Notes: generated from the sequence alone by a model not told the origin. A stretch of DNA of 63,437 bases, filler included, from Octopus bimaculoides (GCF_001194135.2; 5 parts of 5 records of this genome joined end to end with filler, not necessarily neighbours in it), one strand, 5' to 3'; shown: positions 1-12,867, counted from the whole stretch's first letter. Made by a program: numbers and translations.

Positions 1-10
1 ATATATATAC

Positions 11-397
11 GCAGGAGCGGTTGTGTGGTAAGTAGCTTGCTTACTAACCACATGGTTCCGGGTTCAGTCCCACTGCGTGGCACCATGGGCAAGTGTCTTC
101 TACTATAGCCTTGGGTCGACCAAAGCCTTGTGAGTGGATTTGGTAGACGGAAACTGAAAGAAACCCGTCGTATATATATGTGTGTCTGTGTTTGTCCCGC
201 CAACATCGCTTGACAACCGATGCTGGTGTGTTTAAGTCCCCGTCACTTAGCAGTTCGGCAAGAGAGACCGATAGAATAAGTACTAGGCTTAAAAAAGACT
301 AAGTCCTGGGGTTGATTTGCTCGACTAAAAGGCGGTGCTCCAGCATGGCCGCAATCAAATGACTGAAACAAATAAAAGAATAAAAAAGAATAAAGAA
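11..397 (+). mobile_element. tRNA-derived SINE family 1, near full length (head, internal TA/TG microsatellite, LINE-like 3' tail)
   Basis: A-box-like tgtgtggtaag and B-box ggttcagtcc, body gcaagtgtcttctactatagcc, tail gactgaaacaaataaaagaa; many homologous copies across the window. Confidence 0.9.
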
Positions 398-425
398 TAT
401 ATATATATAAATATATATATTTATG

Positions 426-745
426 TAATTGTCACTAAATGCGACTAAGGGTGTCAGGACACCTACATTGCTAGAAATAAGAGCTAAAATGCTCTAATGC
501 TGTAGGAAAAACCCATAATTGTATACATATATGCTCATAGGGACCGTAATCGTTCAGAACACCGATCCAGAATTCCTTACACTTAACGTTCAGTTTCGGC
601 TATTTTGGTGTTCTGGGCGCCTGCAGTCTCTATGAGCATATATGTATACTATTATGTGCTTTACCTACAGCATTAGGGCATTTTAGCTCTTATTTCTAGC
701 AATGTAGGTGTCCTGACACCATTAGTCAGATTTAGTGAGAGTTAT
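426..745. mobile_element. MITE-like hairpin element with ~115-bp terminal inverted arms
   Basis: 431-540 is the reverse complement of 629-744 with few mismatches (e.g. ggtgtcaggacacctacattgctagaaataagagctaaaatg); inner IR cagaacacc/ggtgttctg. Confidence 0.8.
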
Positions 746-849
746 ATTTTTCCTTTATGGTAACACACATACACACCCCACCTGTACGCACATACACATA
801 CACACACATACACATACACACACATGCAAACGAGTAGTATAAAATATGG

Positions 850-1650
850 AATCCGAGAATCGTGCGGCTGTCATAGTAAGCGGATCTCTTCAGTTTGGAT
901 CACAGATTTTATTATTATTATGTTTTAATTAAACTGTTTTAACTTCGTATACTGGTGTAATTTCACACGCTGAACACGGTTTACTTTCAACATTTTTCAC
1001 AAAATTTCGTATTGGTAGAAGTTATTTCGTGTTAAAGTTGTCGTATTTGGGTAATTTTAATCAATCAACAACGTGTATTCAGCCTACTGCTGTTTGCGAT
1101 AGTAATCGAAGAGCAACAATTTCCAGGTCATCTTTTCTAAATGTATTTTTCAACACGTGGATTAAGCAAAAAAAAAAAACAAAAACAGAAAACAGAAACA
1201 AAGCGTGTAATATGTAACACAGGCAGTAAACAAAAATAAAATAGAACAGAGTAGTGAAAATAATCAGAGGCAGTTAGTGAAAATATCCACACGTAAGCCA
1301 TAATACATAGCCAAGTTAAAGAACACCGAATAGTCCACATGTGGTTGAAAAATACAGTTAGTAGAGATAACCTGGAAGTTGTTGCTCTTCGATTACTACC
1401 GCAAACAGCAGTAGGTTTCTTCAGCTGAATACACGTCGTTGATTGGTTAAAATTACCCAAATACGACAACTTTCGCACGAAATAACTTCTAAAATACGAA
1501 ATTTTGTGAAAAATGTTAAAAGTAAACCGTGTTCAGCGTGAGACATCACATCAGTATACGAAGTTTCTAACTGTTTAGTTAAGAAAAAAAAAATGATCAA
1601 AAAGTCCGTGAGCCAAACTGAAGAGATCCCAGTAAGCTCCTCTTACGGAC
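850..1650. repeat. Fold-back element, ~280-bp inverted arms (about 880-1160 and 1335-1630)
   Basis: Direct reverse-complement match; the same pseudo-peptide (LSYLGNFNQSTTCIQ) appears on both strands in the ORF track. Confidence 0.85.
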
Positions 1651-1759
1651 TCGGCTATCAAACCAAGCAGAAATCAATTACAATCTTGTGCAATCTCAAT
1701 TATCCATGTAAGTGAAAATTCAGAAAATCCGAGATTATTTTGTGTGGAGTATATAAAAA

Positions 1760-2727
1760 CAGAAAGTCAGGGGGTTCGAGAAGTGAATATATTATTTAAC
1801 CACGTGACGTCCATAAGATAACGGCCGTTTCTTAACCTTCTTCATGTATTAATTTCAGTATGCAAGAAATTATGTGTACATGTTTGCATTAATATTTATG
1901 CTCAGCACTAAACAATAAATTGTATATTCACAAATTAATGCAAATAAAGAAAACAAGCTTATCATATCAGCGGAACATCATAGTTACATCAACAATTCAT
2001 CTCTAAATGTACACACAAAATTCATTCTTTATATACACAATGTATGGAAGGCCAGAACTTGACAAAACTATGTTGATTTAGTATGCAAAAGGTAAGCACC
2101 AGAACAAAGATACATTGTGTTGCTATTATCATGTAAAAAATTTTCTTTGCATAAGGACACCTTAATTTAAACAAGATAACAAGAAGAAAAAAAAATCAAA
2201 CAAAAGATTAAGATGATAAATAAAGTAAAAATAAAATAACATTAAATTTATAAAAATATAAACAAACAATATAAAAGAATTTGTACCAAAGAAATTACAC
2301 AGATGGATAAGTGGGGGAAAAACAGCTGGCGAATTGAAGATTCTACAGGATTATGGATGAATGCATAAAAACAGTGAACTGTTATACGAAGTCAACAGGG
2401 TCACGAAAACATTACAGAAAACATTTGAACTTTCAAAAATTTTACTCTTACATCAGCCACACCTCAATATGCTATGGTTAAAAAAAAAAAAAAAACTCTT
2501 CCATATTATTTGCGTATATTTTTATATATTTTATGCTATTTTATTCTTACTCTATTTCTCTTTATCTCCTATATTTTCTCCATGTCATCTTGTTTAAATT
2601 AAGGTCGGTTAATTCATTAATTTCTATCTAGCACTTCAACTTGACTGATATAAAAGTGCACATATGTGAAGACAATTTATGTTAGAATAATAATATCCAT
2701 ATACATATATATACATACATACATACA

Positions 2728-2763
<36 letters not shown>

Positions 2764-3836
2764 TATATATATNNNNNNNNNNNNNNNNNNNNNNNNNNNN
2801 NNNNNNNNNNNNNNNNNNNNNNNNNNNNNNNNNNNNNNNNNNNNNNNNNNNNNNNNNNNNNNNNNNNNNNNNNNNNNNNNNNNNNNNNNNNNNNNNNNNN
2901 NNNNNNNNNNNNNNNNNNNNNNNNNNNNNNNNNNNNNNNNNNNNNNNNNNNNNNNNNNNNNNNNNNNNNNNNNNNNNNNNNNNNNNNNNNNNNNNNNNNN
3001 NNNNNNNNNNNNNNNNNNNNNNNNNNNNNNNNNNNNNNNNNNNNNNNNNNNNNNNNNNNNNNNNNNNNNNNNNNNNNNNNNNNNNNNNNNNNNNNNNNNN
3101 NNNNNNNNNNNNNNNNNNNNNNNNNNNNNNNNNNNNNNNNNNNNNNNNNNNNNNNNNNNNNNNNNNNNNNNNNNNNNNNNNNNNNNNNNNNNNNNNNNNN
3201 NNNNNNNNNNNNNNNNNNNNNNNNNNNNNNAATCCACCAAGGGAAGGTATGTCAGAAGAAAGTAATTCAACAACGCGGGTTGATGAACCGTAAGACGTAT
3301 GGCCAGAACCTCCTGGAAAATAACCATAGCAAGGGACATTCCACAGTTGAATTAGAACAGTCACAAACAGTGAAAGAAGACATGCACCCAACACCAGAGC
3401 TGAAGACACCTCCGAAAGGAGGGGCCCCGCCACGTCAAAACGGTAGAGGAGTAGGGGCCAAAACCGGACGTGGTTCCTCCTGATGATGTCTTGAGCTAAC
3501 TGGATCCTATAAAGGAGCTGTTGTGGTAGCAGACCACGAAACATGGTTGAAATTCCTTCCTAAGGAGTGAATTCTGTGTGCATATTTAGGGTTGAATTGT
3601 TGATTTCATCATGATGTTCCACTGATCTGATGAGCTAGCTTTCTTTATTTGCATTAATTTGCGCTTATTCAATTGTAATGGGTAATGCTGAGTGTACAAA
3701 CTTATGCAGACATATATGCATAATTTCTTGCATACTGAAGTTAATACTGTATGCTGATGGTTACGGAGCGGTTATAATCCCACGGGAGTCGCGGGGTTGA
3801 ATAAATATATATTCGCCTCTTAAACCTCCTGACTTT
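1760..3836. mobile_element. Element bounded by ~270-bp inverted arms (1760-2030 and 3556-3836), probably a PLE insertion with an inverted terminal repeat; contains an assembly gap
   Basis: Arms share e.g. ttcagtatgcaagaaattatg and caaattaatgcaaataaagaaa; nested IR 2160-2290/2490-2604; CTGATGA...GAAAC motif at 3480-3542 just inside the right arm. Confidence 0.65.
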
Positions 3837-3969
3837 ATATATATACATGTTTATATATGTATACATACATACATACACACATACTTATACATACATACAC
3901 ACATACATACATATATATATATTGTGTGTGTGTATATATGTAAATATATGTGTATATATATTTACATAT

Positions 3970-4025
<56 letters not shown>

Positions 4026-4272
4026 NNNNNNNNNNNNNNNNNNNNNNNNNNNNNNNNNNNNNNNNNNNNTTAATTAATTAANNNNNNNNNNNNNNNNNNN
4101 NNNNNNNNNNNNNNNNNNNNNNNNNATATATATATGTGTGTATATATATATATAGGGTCTATTATTCTTCAATATAGCAAAGTATTTAACCTTTTGAATT
4201 CTATATAATATATTTTCTTTTATGGAATTGAAAAACAAACAATGACTTTGTTGTTCTATTTTTGTATCACAG

Positions 4273-4316
4273 TTATTCACAGTGTTTTGGTTCTGTAGAC
4301 TACATCTCTACAAATG
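4273..4316 (+). CDS. Candidate small exon (YSQCFGSVDYISTN), or an 18-nt microexon 4299-4316
   Basis: tttgtatcacag acceptor, ATG|gtaact donor, open frame; no homology recognised. Confidence 0.2.
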
Positions 4317-4566
4317 GTAACTTTTATTGTATATTATTAATGTATTAGTAATATTTCAGTTAAAATAATAGTAATACTAATAATAATAAAGCTATTTGTG
4401 GTGATTGTATTGTTCTAGAGTTCAGACAGGTTGATGTAGGAAGCGAACAAAGTGAAATAAAAGTTGTCAATGGAAAAATGTACTTTGATAATGTTATTTC
4501 TTTCTTTTTGTTCAAAATAGCGGTTTAGAGTGGAAGTGAATAAACCATGTCATTGTTTGTTCTTAC

Positions 4567-4680
4567 CAAAAGAGACAAAAAATGAAAATGAACTACAATA
4601 TCCTAAGGAACCATTCTGTCTTTCTGGGCAAAAGCAATGAACTATATTCTTCACAACTTCATTTGACTTCCACTCTAAAA
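4567..4680 (-). CDS. Candidate 114-nt phase 1-1 exon (LEWKSNEVVKNIVHCFCPERQNGSLGYCSSFSFFVSF)
   Basis: atcatttcag acceptor, TTG|gtaaga donor, length divisible by 3, open frame; product unrecognised. Confidence 0.3.
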
Positions 4681-5334
4681 CTGAAATGATTTCTCTAATT
4701 ACTATTAATGCCATTATTTTGAATAATATTTTGGTTTTAACTATGTTCACTTGCATCATCAACCAGTCTGATCTCTAAAATGACACAATGACTAACTACT
4801 AATGGCCTTTTTATTATTTTGAATTGGATCAATACAAATATATTAATATAATTTTAAACATAAGACAACATTTGTATTAACAATGTCGTGAAAATTGAAA
4901 CTCTTTGTACAACCATTAAATAAAAAGAGAAAGTAAGACTAATCATATTATTGCTTATGTGTTTTTCAAATACCTTAAAAATAAATTGTATGAAATTCAG
5001 AAAATTGCCTAGTCTTGTCTATGAAAGAGGTGAATAAACCTCATGCATCCTCCCCCCCCTCTCTCTCTCTCACACACACTTGGTAACAACATACTCCTGT
5101 AAGGTAGATGATAATTAGTAGTAAGGTATTTTTTTATTTTTCACCAAAGTACTCGGCAAGTGTTTGTATGAATTGTGAGTTATTTGGGGCTACAACATTC
5201 AGTCCCTAGAATGATAGAATAAACAGAAAGAGTCAACTTCTGATGTAATGGAAATATGCATGGTCTTTGAAGCAAGTGTTCTGTTTTGATATCTGCATCT
5301 CTTAGCAGGCATTCAAAATACCAAAACAGAATTC

Positions 5335-5386
<52 letters not shown>

Positions 5387-5414
5387 GAATATATGTGCGT
5401 ACACACACACACAC

Positions 5415-5560
5415 GGCCATATGGTGAAGAAATTCCACTCTGCACCACCTTGGGCAAGTGTCTTTGGCTATAGTTCCAGGCTACCCAAAGCTTTATGAAT
5501 GGATTTGGGAACTGGAGTAGATGGAAACTGAAAGAAGCCTGTCATTTGTGTGTTCATTGT
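5415..5560 (+). mobile_element. Degenerate SINE family 1 head
   Basis: caccttgggcaagtgtctttggctatag...ggaaactgaaagaagcc matches the copy at 11-397. Confidence 0.75.
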
Positions 5561-6369
5561 ATGTGTACGTCTGTGTGTTTGTCCACATCAGTGCTTCTTT
5601 GGAAATCATTTTGCTAGAAGTGGTGAATTTGTTGTCATTTCCTTATAAACAAATCATCCACTTCAAAGACGTGGAACGAGAGATCCCTTACTTGAAAAAC
5701 AGTCATGGGTGAGCAACTGGAAGGGATTCTGACTGTTAAAATAATGATTCAGTTTTACATGCATCTAACTCTCATACTAGCATTGAAAAACAGATGTAAA
5801 AATAAACCGATATTATATACTGGCATCATATGAATTTTATAAACTTTGAAGAGAACATGAAATAATTCTTTTTGGAATAGGGGATCTCTTAAGCTTCTCT
5901 TCAGAAAGTTAGATAAGGGAATAAGTGTGGAAAGAAACAAACAAGTTCATCTGACTGTCTAATACTTGAGTTTGGTCAATACACAAATTGGAAATATGCA
6001 TTTGCCTGCCTTAACACCTATTTACACAATCATTCATAGATATACATCCCTCTCTATTATATATACTCACTAATATGTATATACATGCACAGATGAATAT
6101 GCATGGGAGAAACAAAGGTGTATGTTTGTGTTTATTAAATAAGAACAACTGCCTTTCACTAATCTAATATAGTATCTTAGAAGAATTAAAAAAACAACCA
6201 TCTGTTACAAGTTATCAAATATACATCTACATATTAGTTATGTGCAGATTTAATAGACAACCTGAAGATAATTTTACATGTAAAATGGTTTTGTTTTAGG
6301 ACAGTCCAATAATTTCAATGTGACATTATGGTTTAACTATTTGCAATTTCCTTTCGAAGGTGGTTTTTT

Positions 6370-6700
6370 CTTTTTACCATTATGTTTCCACTGCAGTGTG
6401 CTATAGATTCTCTTTAATGGTGTTATCAAAGATTAATCTTTGTTACCAGCAGAGCTAATAACATCTGAGCTTCTCACAGACTTTCCTTAGTCTGGCTACT
6501 ATGTTTTTAGAATATCACCTCCACTGCAATTTAGGTCACCTAGGTAACAGAAATTGTCAACTATTTCTAGGAATCTGAACTTTTGAGAGAATCTATTTCC
6601 TATATGCGTTTAGTGCTTATTGCTCCTGTGCACCTGCTGCATATAAAATTTACCTTCTCTGTTAGCCTGCTTAGCCTCTTGTACATCTATAGTTTACAAT
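6370..6700 (-). mobile_element. Degraded RTE LINE fragment, post-RT region
   Basis: Minus-strand translation RLTEKVNFICSRCTGAIST parallels the RTE relic at 15620-16655. Confidence 0.55.
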
Positions 6701-6959
6701 GAGAACAATGTATGAAATTCCTACCTCCTCCTGTTCTGCATATCAGCACAGCTAATTCCAGACAGTAGCAAATTCCTGTCTTCTTTGGCACTTACTAATA
6801 TTTTAATCTGCTAAGTTTACTTTGTGCCTTCTTGATTCTAGCTTTTGCTCAGCAAAAAATCTATTCTCTTCTGGCTCTTTTTCTCATTCATTACCCTCTC
6901 CACTCTTTATTCTGCTAGCAAAAAATTCCTCCTCTCCACTTGGAGTTCATAGTCTTGTA

Positions 6960-7180
6960 AGCTGCATGGTAACCACACTAGTTGTAATGGCAAGAAAAAA
7001 GAAGCACCCGCTATACAGTGGCTGGTGTTAGGAAGGGCATCTATCCTTAGAAACCATGCCAAAAAATCACTGGAGCATGATGCAATCCTTCAGCCCATCA
7101 GACCCTGTCAAACCATAGAACACAAATGTTAAATAATAATAATAATAATAATAATGATGATGATGATGATGATGATGATG
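6960..7180 (+). mobile_element. RTE-type 3' terminus ending in (AAT)n(GAT)n
   Basis: ggaagggcatc...agaaaccatgcc...gttaaat followed by a trinucleotide tail; a similar copy lies at 22660-22845. Confidence 0.6.
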
Positions 7181-7289
7181 ATTCAGTTATAAGAACTAAG
7201 TCATCAGCTTATAAGAGTTCCTAAGGATAACCAGTTTTAAACCTCTCAGTTATGGCCTAGAGGATTCTAATAAATAGAAACTGGCTGGG

Positions 7290-8170
7290 GACTGAACCTT
7301 GATGAACTCCTCCCTGCAAGTTAAATGTGTTACTGTGCTCATTGCACTTTTCTTCATGACCTTCACAAGCCATTCAGCCATCTCTAGTTTCCTTAGCAAC
7401 TATCAGAATATAGAATGTTGTACTCTGTTAAAGACCTTCTCCAGATCAATGTATGCTAGATACAGCAACTTACTCCTTGCTAAGCATTTCTGTAATTATC
7501 TCACTAGGTTAATGGTATTGGTAGTACCTCTTCTTGGCACAAACCCAAACTACATCTATTCTAGGTTAATTCTTTTCAGAATCATTTGTGTCATAACTCT
7601 TTCAGTAAGTTTCATAACCTGGTCCATCAGCTTGACAGCTCTATTGTTTCCCTTCTCTACCATGTCTTGCTTGCTCTTAGCAGTTGACAATGACACTGCT
7701 ACAGCAATCATTGGGTATGCCACCTTCCTTATACTACCTGATTGACTATAAGTGTGTTTAGTGTGTGACCTTTATCGTATTTTCATTGACTCAACAGCAA
7801 TATCTGATGGATCAAATGCCTTCCTTGCTTTCATATCCTTAATTGCTCTATCTATGCTGCTATACTGCTGTCATCTTAAATGGTTGGTCTTTCTAGCATA
7901 CATTGGGTATACCCTTTCTGACTCTCTCTCTCTATCACACACACACACACACATTTAACAGCTTCTCATAATAGTGCTGCCTTGCCTCTTTCTTTTTACT
8001 ATTGGTAATCTTCTATCATCTCATCTACATGTCTACACTTCTCCCAAATGGTAACTTGATTTTTTTCTGCCACTCTATCTTGCAATCCGAAACATCTCAT
8101 GATTCTGATCCTCACATTGCAGAACATATACGAATCACTTCTTTTCTGTTTCTTTTCAAGCTCTGTAGCA
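7290..8170 (-). mobile_element. Degraded RTE LINE, N-terminal RT region
   Basis: Minus-strand peptides AVKLMDQVMKLTERV, FGFVPRRGTTNTI, LAYIDLEKVFNRV (RT motifs 1-3) with stops. Confidence 0.8.
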
Positions 8171-9018
8171 AGTGCATTCCGGAAGTTTTCAGGATAGACT
8201 TTTAATTTGAAAGAAGTACAAAACTCTAATCTTCAAAATAAGGTCCTCTAACTTCAATGCACTTGTTGTAGTGCTCTGCCCACTTCATGATGGCCCCATG
8301 GAAGTCCTCCAAAGTGAAGTTATTCAGGACCCTTGTCATAACCTCCTTCATCTTCAAAAGGAGTGCCCCTGAAGTTCTTCAATTTGAGGAACAATAAAAA
8401 AAAAATCACAGGGAGCAAGGTCTGGACCATGGGGAGGATGAGGGACAGTTTTGATGCCCATTCCTGTCAAGTAGTTGGTTACCAGGATGTTCATTGCTGA
8501 GCACCAGAAGAGCAAACTTTGCATATATTTTGTGCATGTTCAGGTCTTCATCAATAATTCTATGTACAATTGTCACATCAACTCCAAATTTTAGACACAC
8601 AACAGTTTTCATCCAGAAAATTGTGCATTTTCTCAAACAGCTCTGATGTTCTGATATCCTTCTCCCTCCCACTCATGTCATTGTCTCTTACTTCCTTTCT
8701 GCTATCAGTGAAAAAGTTAATCCACGAGCAGTCTGGAGCATTTCATAAGATTCTGTAGCATTTTTGTAGAAGTTTGACACAATTTCATTGCATAGTAAGC
8801 TTCCAAATGTCCCAACTGCATTCAGCAAAGTAGTCAGTGTTTAGAAGAGTGTGTTCAAAGTGTTTTTACAACCACCTCCTTTAATCTGGAATAACAGAAG
8901 CTGGAAAGTCAGTTTATTAAATGTATACTAACGATGTACTAAAGTAACAATAATCTAGGACAGTTATAAGAGCCTTGTCTAAAAAAAAAGTCTCAAACCT
9001 TCTGGAATGCACCTTGTA
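8166..9018 (-). mobile_element. Internally deleted, degenerate mariner transposon
   Basis: Imperfect TIRs (aagtgcattccggaag / ttctggaatgcacctt); transposase remnants DEDLNMHKIYAKF and HPPHGPDLAPCDFFLF. Confidence 0.8.
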
Positions 9019-9587
9019 TATTCAATATCTAGCTTCTATTCCAACTATTTGGGTAATACTGTCTGTTTTCTTCCCATTTCTCCATTTGCTTTTAAGGTTC
9101 TGTCCACTGTAGTGTTCCAGCACATCCTTTGACTTAGATCTTGTACCTGCTACAGTCATATCTATTGTCTGACTGCCTATCTATCTGTCTATCTGTTTAA
9201 CCAGTGCCTGTCTATCTAGCTGTCTATGTGTATGTACCATATATAGTACATACATCACCCATACCATACCCATATCAGATGCATGTCTAAGCTCTACAAA
9301 GTGATTTTATTTTATTTTTTTAAATTTATTTCCTGTAAGGTAGAGGGCAGGACCCATTGGCCTCTGTGTTCTCCCTGTTTGATGAAATCAATATGGCTGA
9401 TGTTTAACTTGATTGTGTGCAGTGTATTCGATGATAGTGATGAACAGTGGGGGATGAGGTGGGTTAAAGATATATTTGGGATGATGAGGGAAAAGCAGGG
9501 TGAATACACTGAGCAGGTTTGGAATAGGGGCAATAAGCAGCTTTCTGATTCATGCTTGCAACTTGTTAGTAACAAAAGCAAATAATA

Positions 9588-9589
<2 letters not shown>

Positions 9590-9660
<71 letters not shown>
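9590..9660. repeat. (AC)n microsatellite, representative of dozens of AC/AT/TATG/GATA tracts in the window
   Basis: Direct inspection. Confidence 0.95.
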
Positions 9661-9661
<1 letters not shown>

Positions 9662-10315
9662 TACATACATGTATACATATACGTATGTGTATAAGCATTC
9701 TTACATTTACGCGCGCGCGCATTATATTTTGCTCTTCTTTCTCCTCCCCTTTCCCAAACTGATCAGACTGCTTTGAAAGGAAACAACAGCAAAATGATGA
9801 TGATGATGATGATGATGATAATAATAACAACAATAATCAATAAATAAACAAAAACTACAATGTGGACAGTTTGATAGTTGCTAGACATGTTTAATGACTC
9901 ATTCATATTAACATGCTTGAGCACATACATGTATGCTGTGTGTGTGTGTGTCTTTGTCTGTGTGTGTGTGTGTGTCTTTGTCTGTGTGTGCTGCTTTCTT
10001 TCCTATTTTCTGTTGCCAATAAAAACTGCTTTAATGATTTATCATTGAAACCCTATCATTTCCTCATCGTTTACTTAAAATAATTACAATACTTGCTACC
10101 TACAAGTAACTTCAAAGACAGGGAAAAGATCATGTGTGTGTGTGTGTGTGTATGAAGGAAACACCTAAACTTGATTTTTCATAGATTTCTTTTTTTATTT
10201 TAATAAAGTCAGTATGAATTGAACTAAATACCTGTCTCTACTTTGTCTATTTCTGTCTATCTGCATTGTCTGTCTCTCTTTCGCCTCCCTCTTGCACTCC
10301 CTCTCTCCCTCTCTA

Positions 10316-10351
<36 letters not shown>

Positions 10352-10419
10352 TCTATCATCTATCTATCTATCTGTATGTGTGTGTGTATAGGATTGCGTC
10401 ATGGCTCTTATTTAAATTG

Positions 10420-10455
<36 letters not shown>

Positions 10456-10553
10456 TTTTATGCATACATGCATGTGTATAGATAAATAGACAAATAGATA
10501 TCAATACACTTATGGGTATACACACATGTACATACATACACATTTATATAATA

Positions 10554-12765
10554 CTAGCAGAGATACCCGGCGTTGCTCGAGATTAAAGTGGCATAGTTTC
10601 TATATAATATATTACAGTTATGTTGAAACAAGTGATATGGGCAAATGCAGCATTGACAACAAAACATTTGTGGAGTAAATGCTGGGCTAATTCGACTAAG
10701 CAACATGCTATGCGTCTGTTTGGAGTATTTCAGGACCTAACCTATCATGGAAAATTGGAGGTGGGGGTTATATGATTTTTGAACGCACCAAAAAGCTGTT
10801 AGTGGATATACTCTCTTTTGCAGCAGTAGCGCTGTGTCTAACACGACCCATCATCTGAAATTTTAACACCTCCTTCGGGTCTGTTGTCCTACATTACTCA
10901 TAAAGTAAATTTGGAGGAACTGTGGTTATTCATTTGTGTGTAACAGGGAACCAATGAGGTGATAAACTTGCTCTTGAACTTTGATGTCAGTGTAAATTCA
11001 TGTTTATCCATCTTTTTAGATGCACCAAAAGATGTCATTTCAAATGCAGAGTTGTATTGTCTGATATTGTTCAGAAAATCCTTTGACTGGATGGAAGTGC
11101 CTTCTAGCAGATCTATAAGAAGTTGAGAAGGAGCTGGTTGTGCTGGCAATGTTACCTGACCACCTGAGCAGCACATACCATTTGTTTCATTTGAAAATTT
11201 TATAGCTCTACAGAAACGACAATTTGTGTTTAGCACACTAATTTGGACAGAGTTATCATTTTTATAAGAATGGGATGGATCATATCCGAAAACAGCTTCA
11301 TGAGTTGTGGAGAACGAATTTGTATGTAGTCTGTTTCTGAGACCTATTCTACTGGACCTCTGTCTAATCATTAAAACATTGATTTAATGATCCAGCATTA
11401 AGTGCTGCAACATGCATTTGCTGATCTTGAGAAAATCTCATCTCTCTTCAGACTCTTGCCTTCAGTTTTCTACAATCCTCCTTGCTTTATACTTGTTTCT
11501 GGAGAGATTAAGTCTTTTCTGTGTTTCTCCTGCTCATTCTGTAAAAATTTATTTGAAGAGAGCAGAAATTGAAAGAAGAGAAAGCGTAAGGGACAGAGAA
11601 AGAAAGTGAAAGATGTATGTACGTCTATATGAAATGGAAGTGTGTGTGTGTGTAAGAGAGAGAAAGAGAGTGAAAAAGAGAGATAGACTGAGTGAGTGAA
11701 GGTGTGTGCCATGATGATTGATGTCTTTTAAGGTACACACATTTAGAAAATGTGATGTCATCCTATAAAATGTTTACGATAGTTGATTTATGGAAAAGAT
11801 TATAATGTTAAATTTTTGAAATGCAAATATGTGAATGGAAATTAAGTTTAATTTGTAGCTGAAATAGTACTGAATCTTTTGATACCCCATACGTCAAAAT
11901 CTGTAACTCGGTTTGGAATGCATAAGGAATATATATATAGGACAGACTTCTTTCAAACTGAAAGTATAATCTCATTATCTCACATTAGAATAGAGATGTA
12001 ATACTGAAATAGTGTAAGTGATAAGAGATTGCTCTGGGCCCGCATTAGGCAAGAAGTTGGAAATTTATTTGGCCCATGACACTGCATGGACCTTGGCTTT
12101 TGTATTTGACGACTGTTGTTTTAAGTATTGTATTTCAATTTTATGTATATATGTATGTATGAGCCAATGAGGGAGGCCTCTACATGGTAGCTAGACCTGG
12201 TAGAAATAGCAGCCAAATCTCCCTCAAAACACCCTACTGTCTTAATCCAACAATTCTGCCTATTATGTAGTTTGAATGAGAAACTGTAACTAAAGATTAA
12301 GATTATTAACCCCAAAATTGGACGGTGTTAAGTAATGGAGATGTTTGGTGATTGTATGTGGTGGTTACTTTTGACTGTTTCTTCTCAATAAGGATAATTG
12401 ATTGATAACAAATCTTAACACAATATATATACAACTTCAAGTGGAATCGGACATCATAAGAGAGACAGCATAACGACTGTTTTGGTTGACTGTCATCCTG
12501 TATTCCCCTTGTTGCTAGCGAAATGGTATTTGTTGGTTGTCTGAGCAAACACGTTGCTTTTAATGGCAGAACAAACAGGACAAAAAGATTACAAAAATAG
12601 CGATTATCACTTTGAAACTAACAATTTTGAAAATCTATCTAGATTACGGAATGCCCTGCTCTCTCATGTATCCATGTTTAAAATTTCAGCGCGATCGGAT
12701 AAACAACACTCAAGTTATAAGTGCACAAACAGACAGACAGACAGAATGGTTTTTTAAATAAGAGA
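10554..12765 (-). mobile_element. Non-autonomous Helitron (~2.2 kb) with both termini and a Rep N-terminal remnant
   Basis: On the minus strand: host A|TC at 12765 and subterminal gcaacgccgggtatctctg-CTAG|T at 10554; ORF 10898-11371 has CRFC..KF..ETNGMCCSGGQV and FLNNIRQYNSAFEMTSFG, typical of Helitron Rep/helicase N-termini. Confidence 0.85.
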
Positions 12766-12819
12766 TATATATATATATATACATGCATACTATATATATA
12801 TACACATGCACGCGTGCAT

Positions 12820-12867
<48 letters not shown>

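Noticed and set aside
11-90. tRNA-like heads with A and B boxes (also at 18082 and 41268)
   Set aside because: They continue into SINE bodies, are multi-copy and degenerate, and lack a complete cloverleaf, so they are not tRNA genes
4070-4081. TTAATTAATTAA between N runs (also at 26892, 42019, 48948)
   Set aside because: Identical 12-mer with stops in all six frames, embedded in gaps: an assembly spacer, not genomic sequence
7299-7745. 148-aa hydrophobic plus-strand ORF resembling a membrane protein
   Set aside because: It is the antisense frame of a degraded RTE reverse transcriptase
9283-9585. 100-aa ORF with a strong acceptor at 9349 (VEGRTHWPLC...)
   Set aside because: No recognisable homology, runs into a CA tract and has no linked exons; not supportable beyond chance in AT-rich DNA
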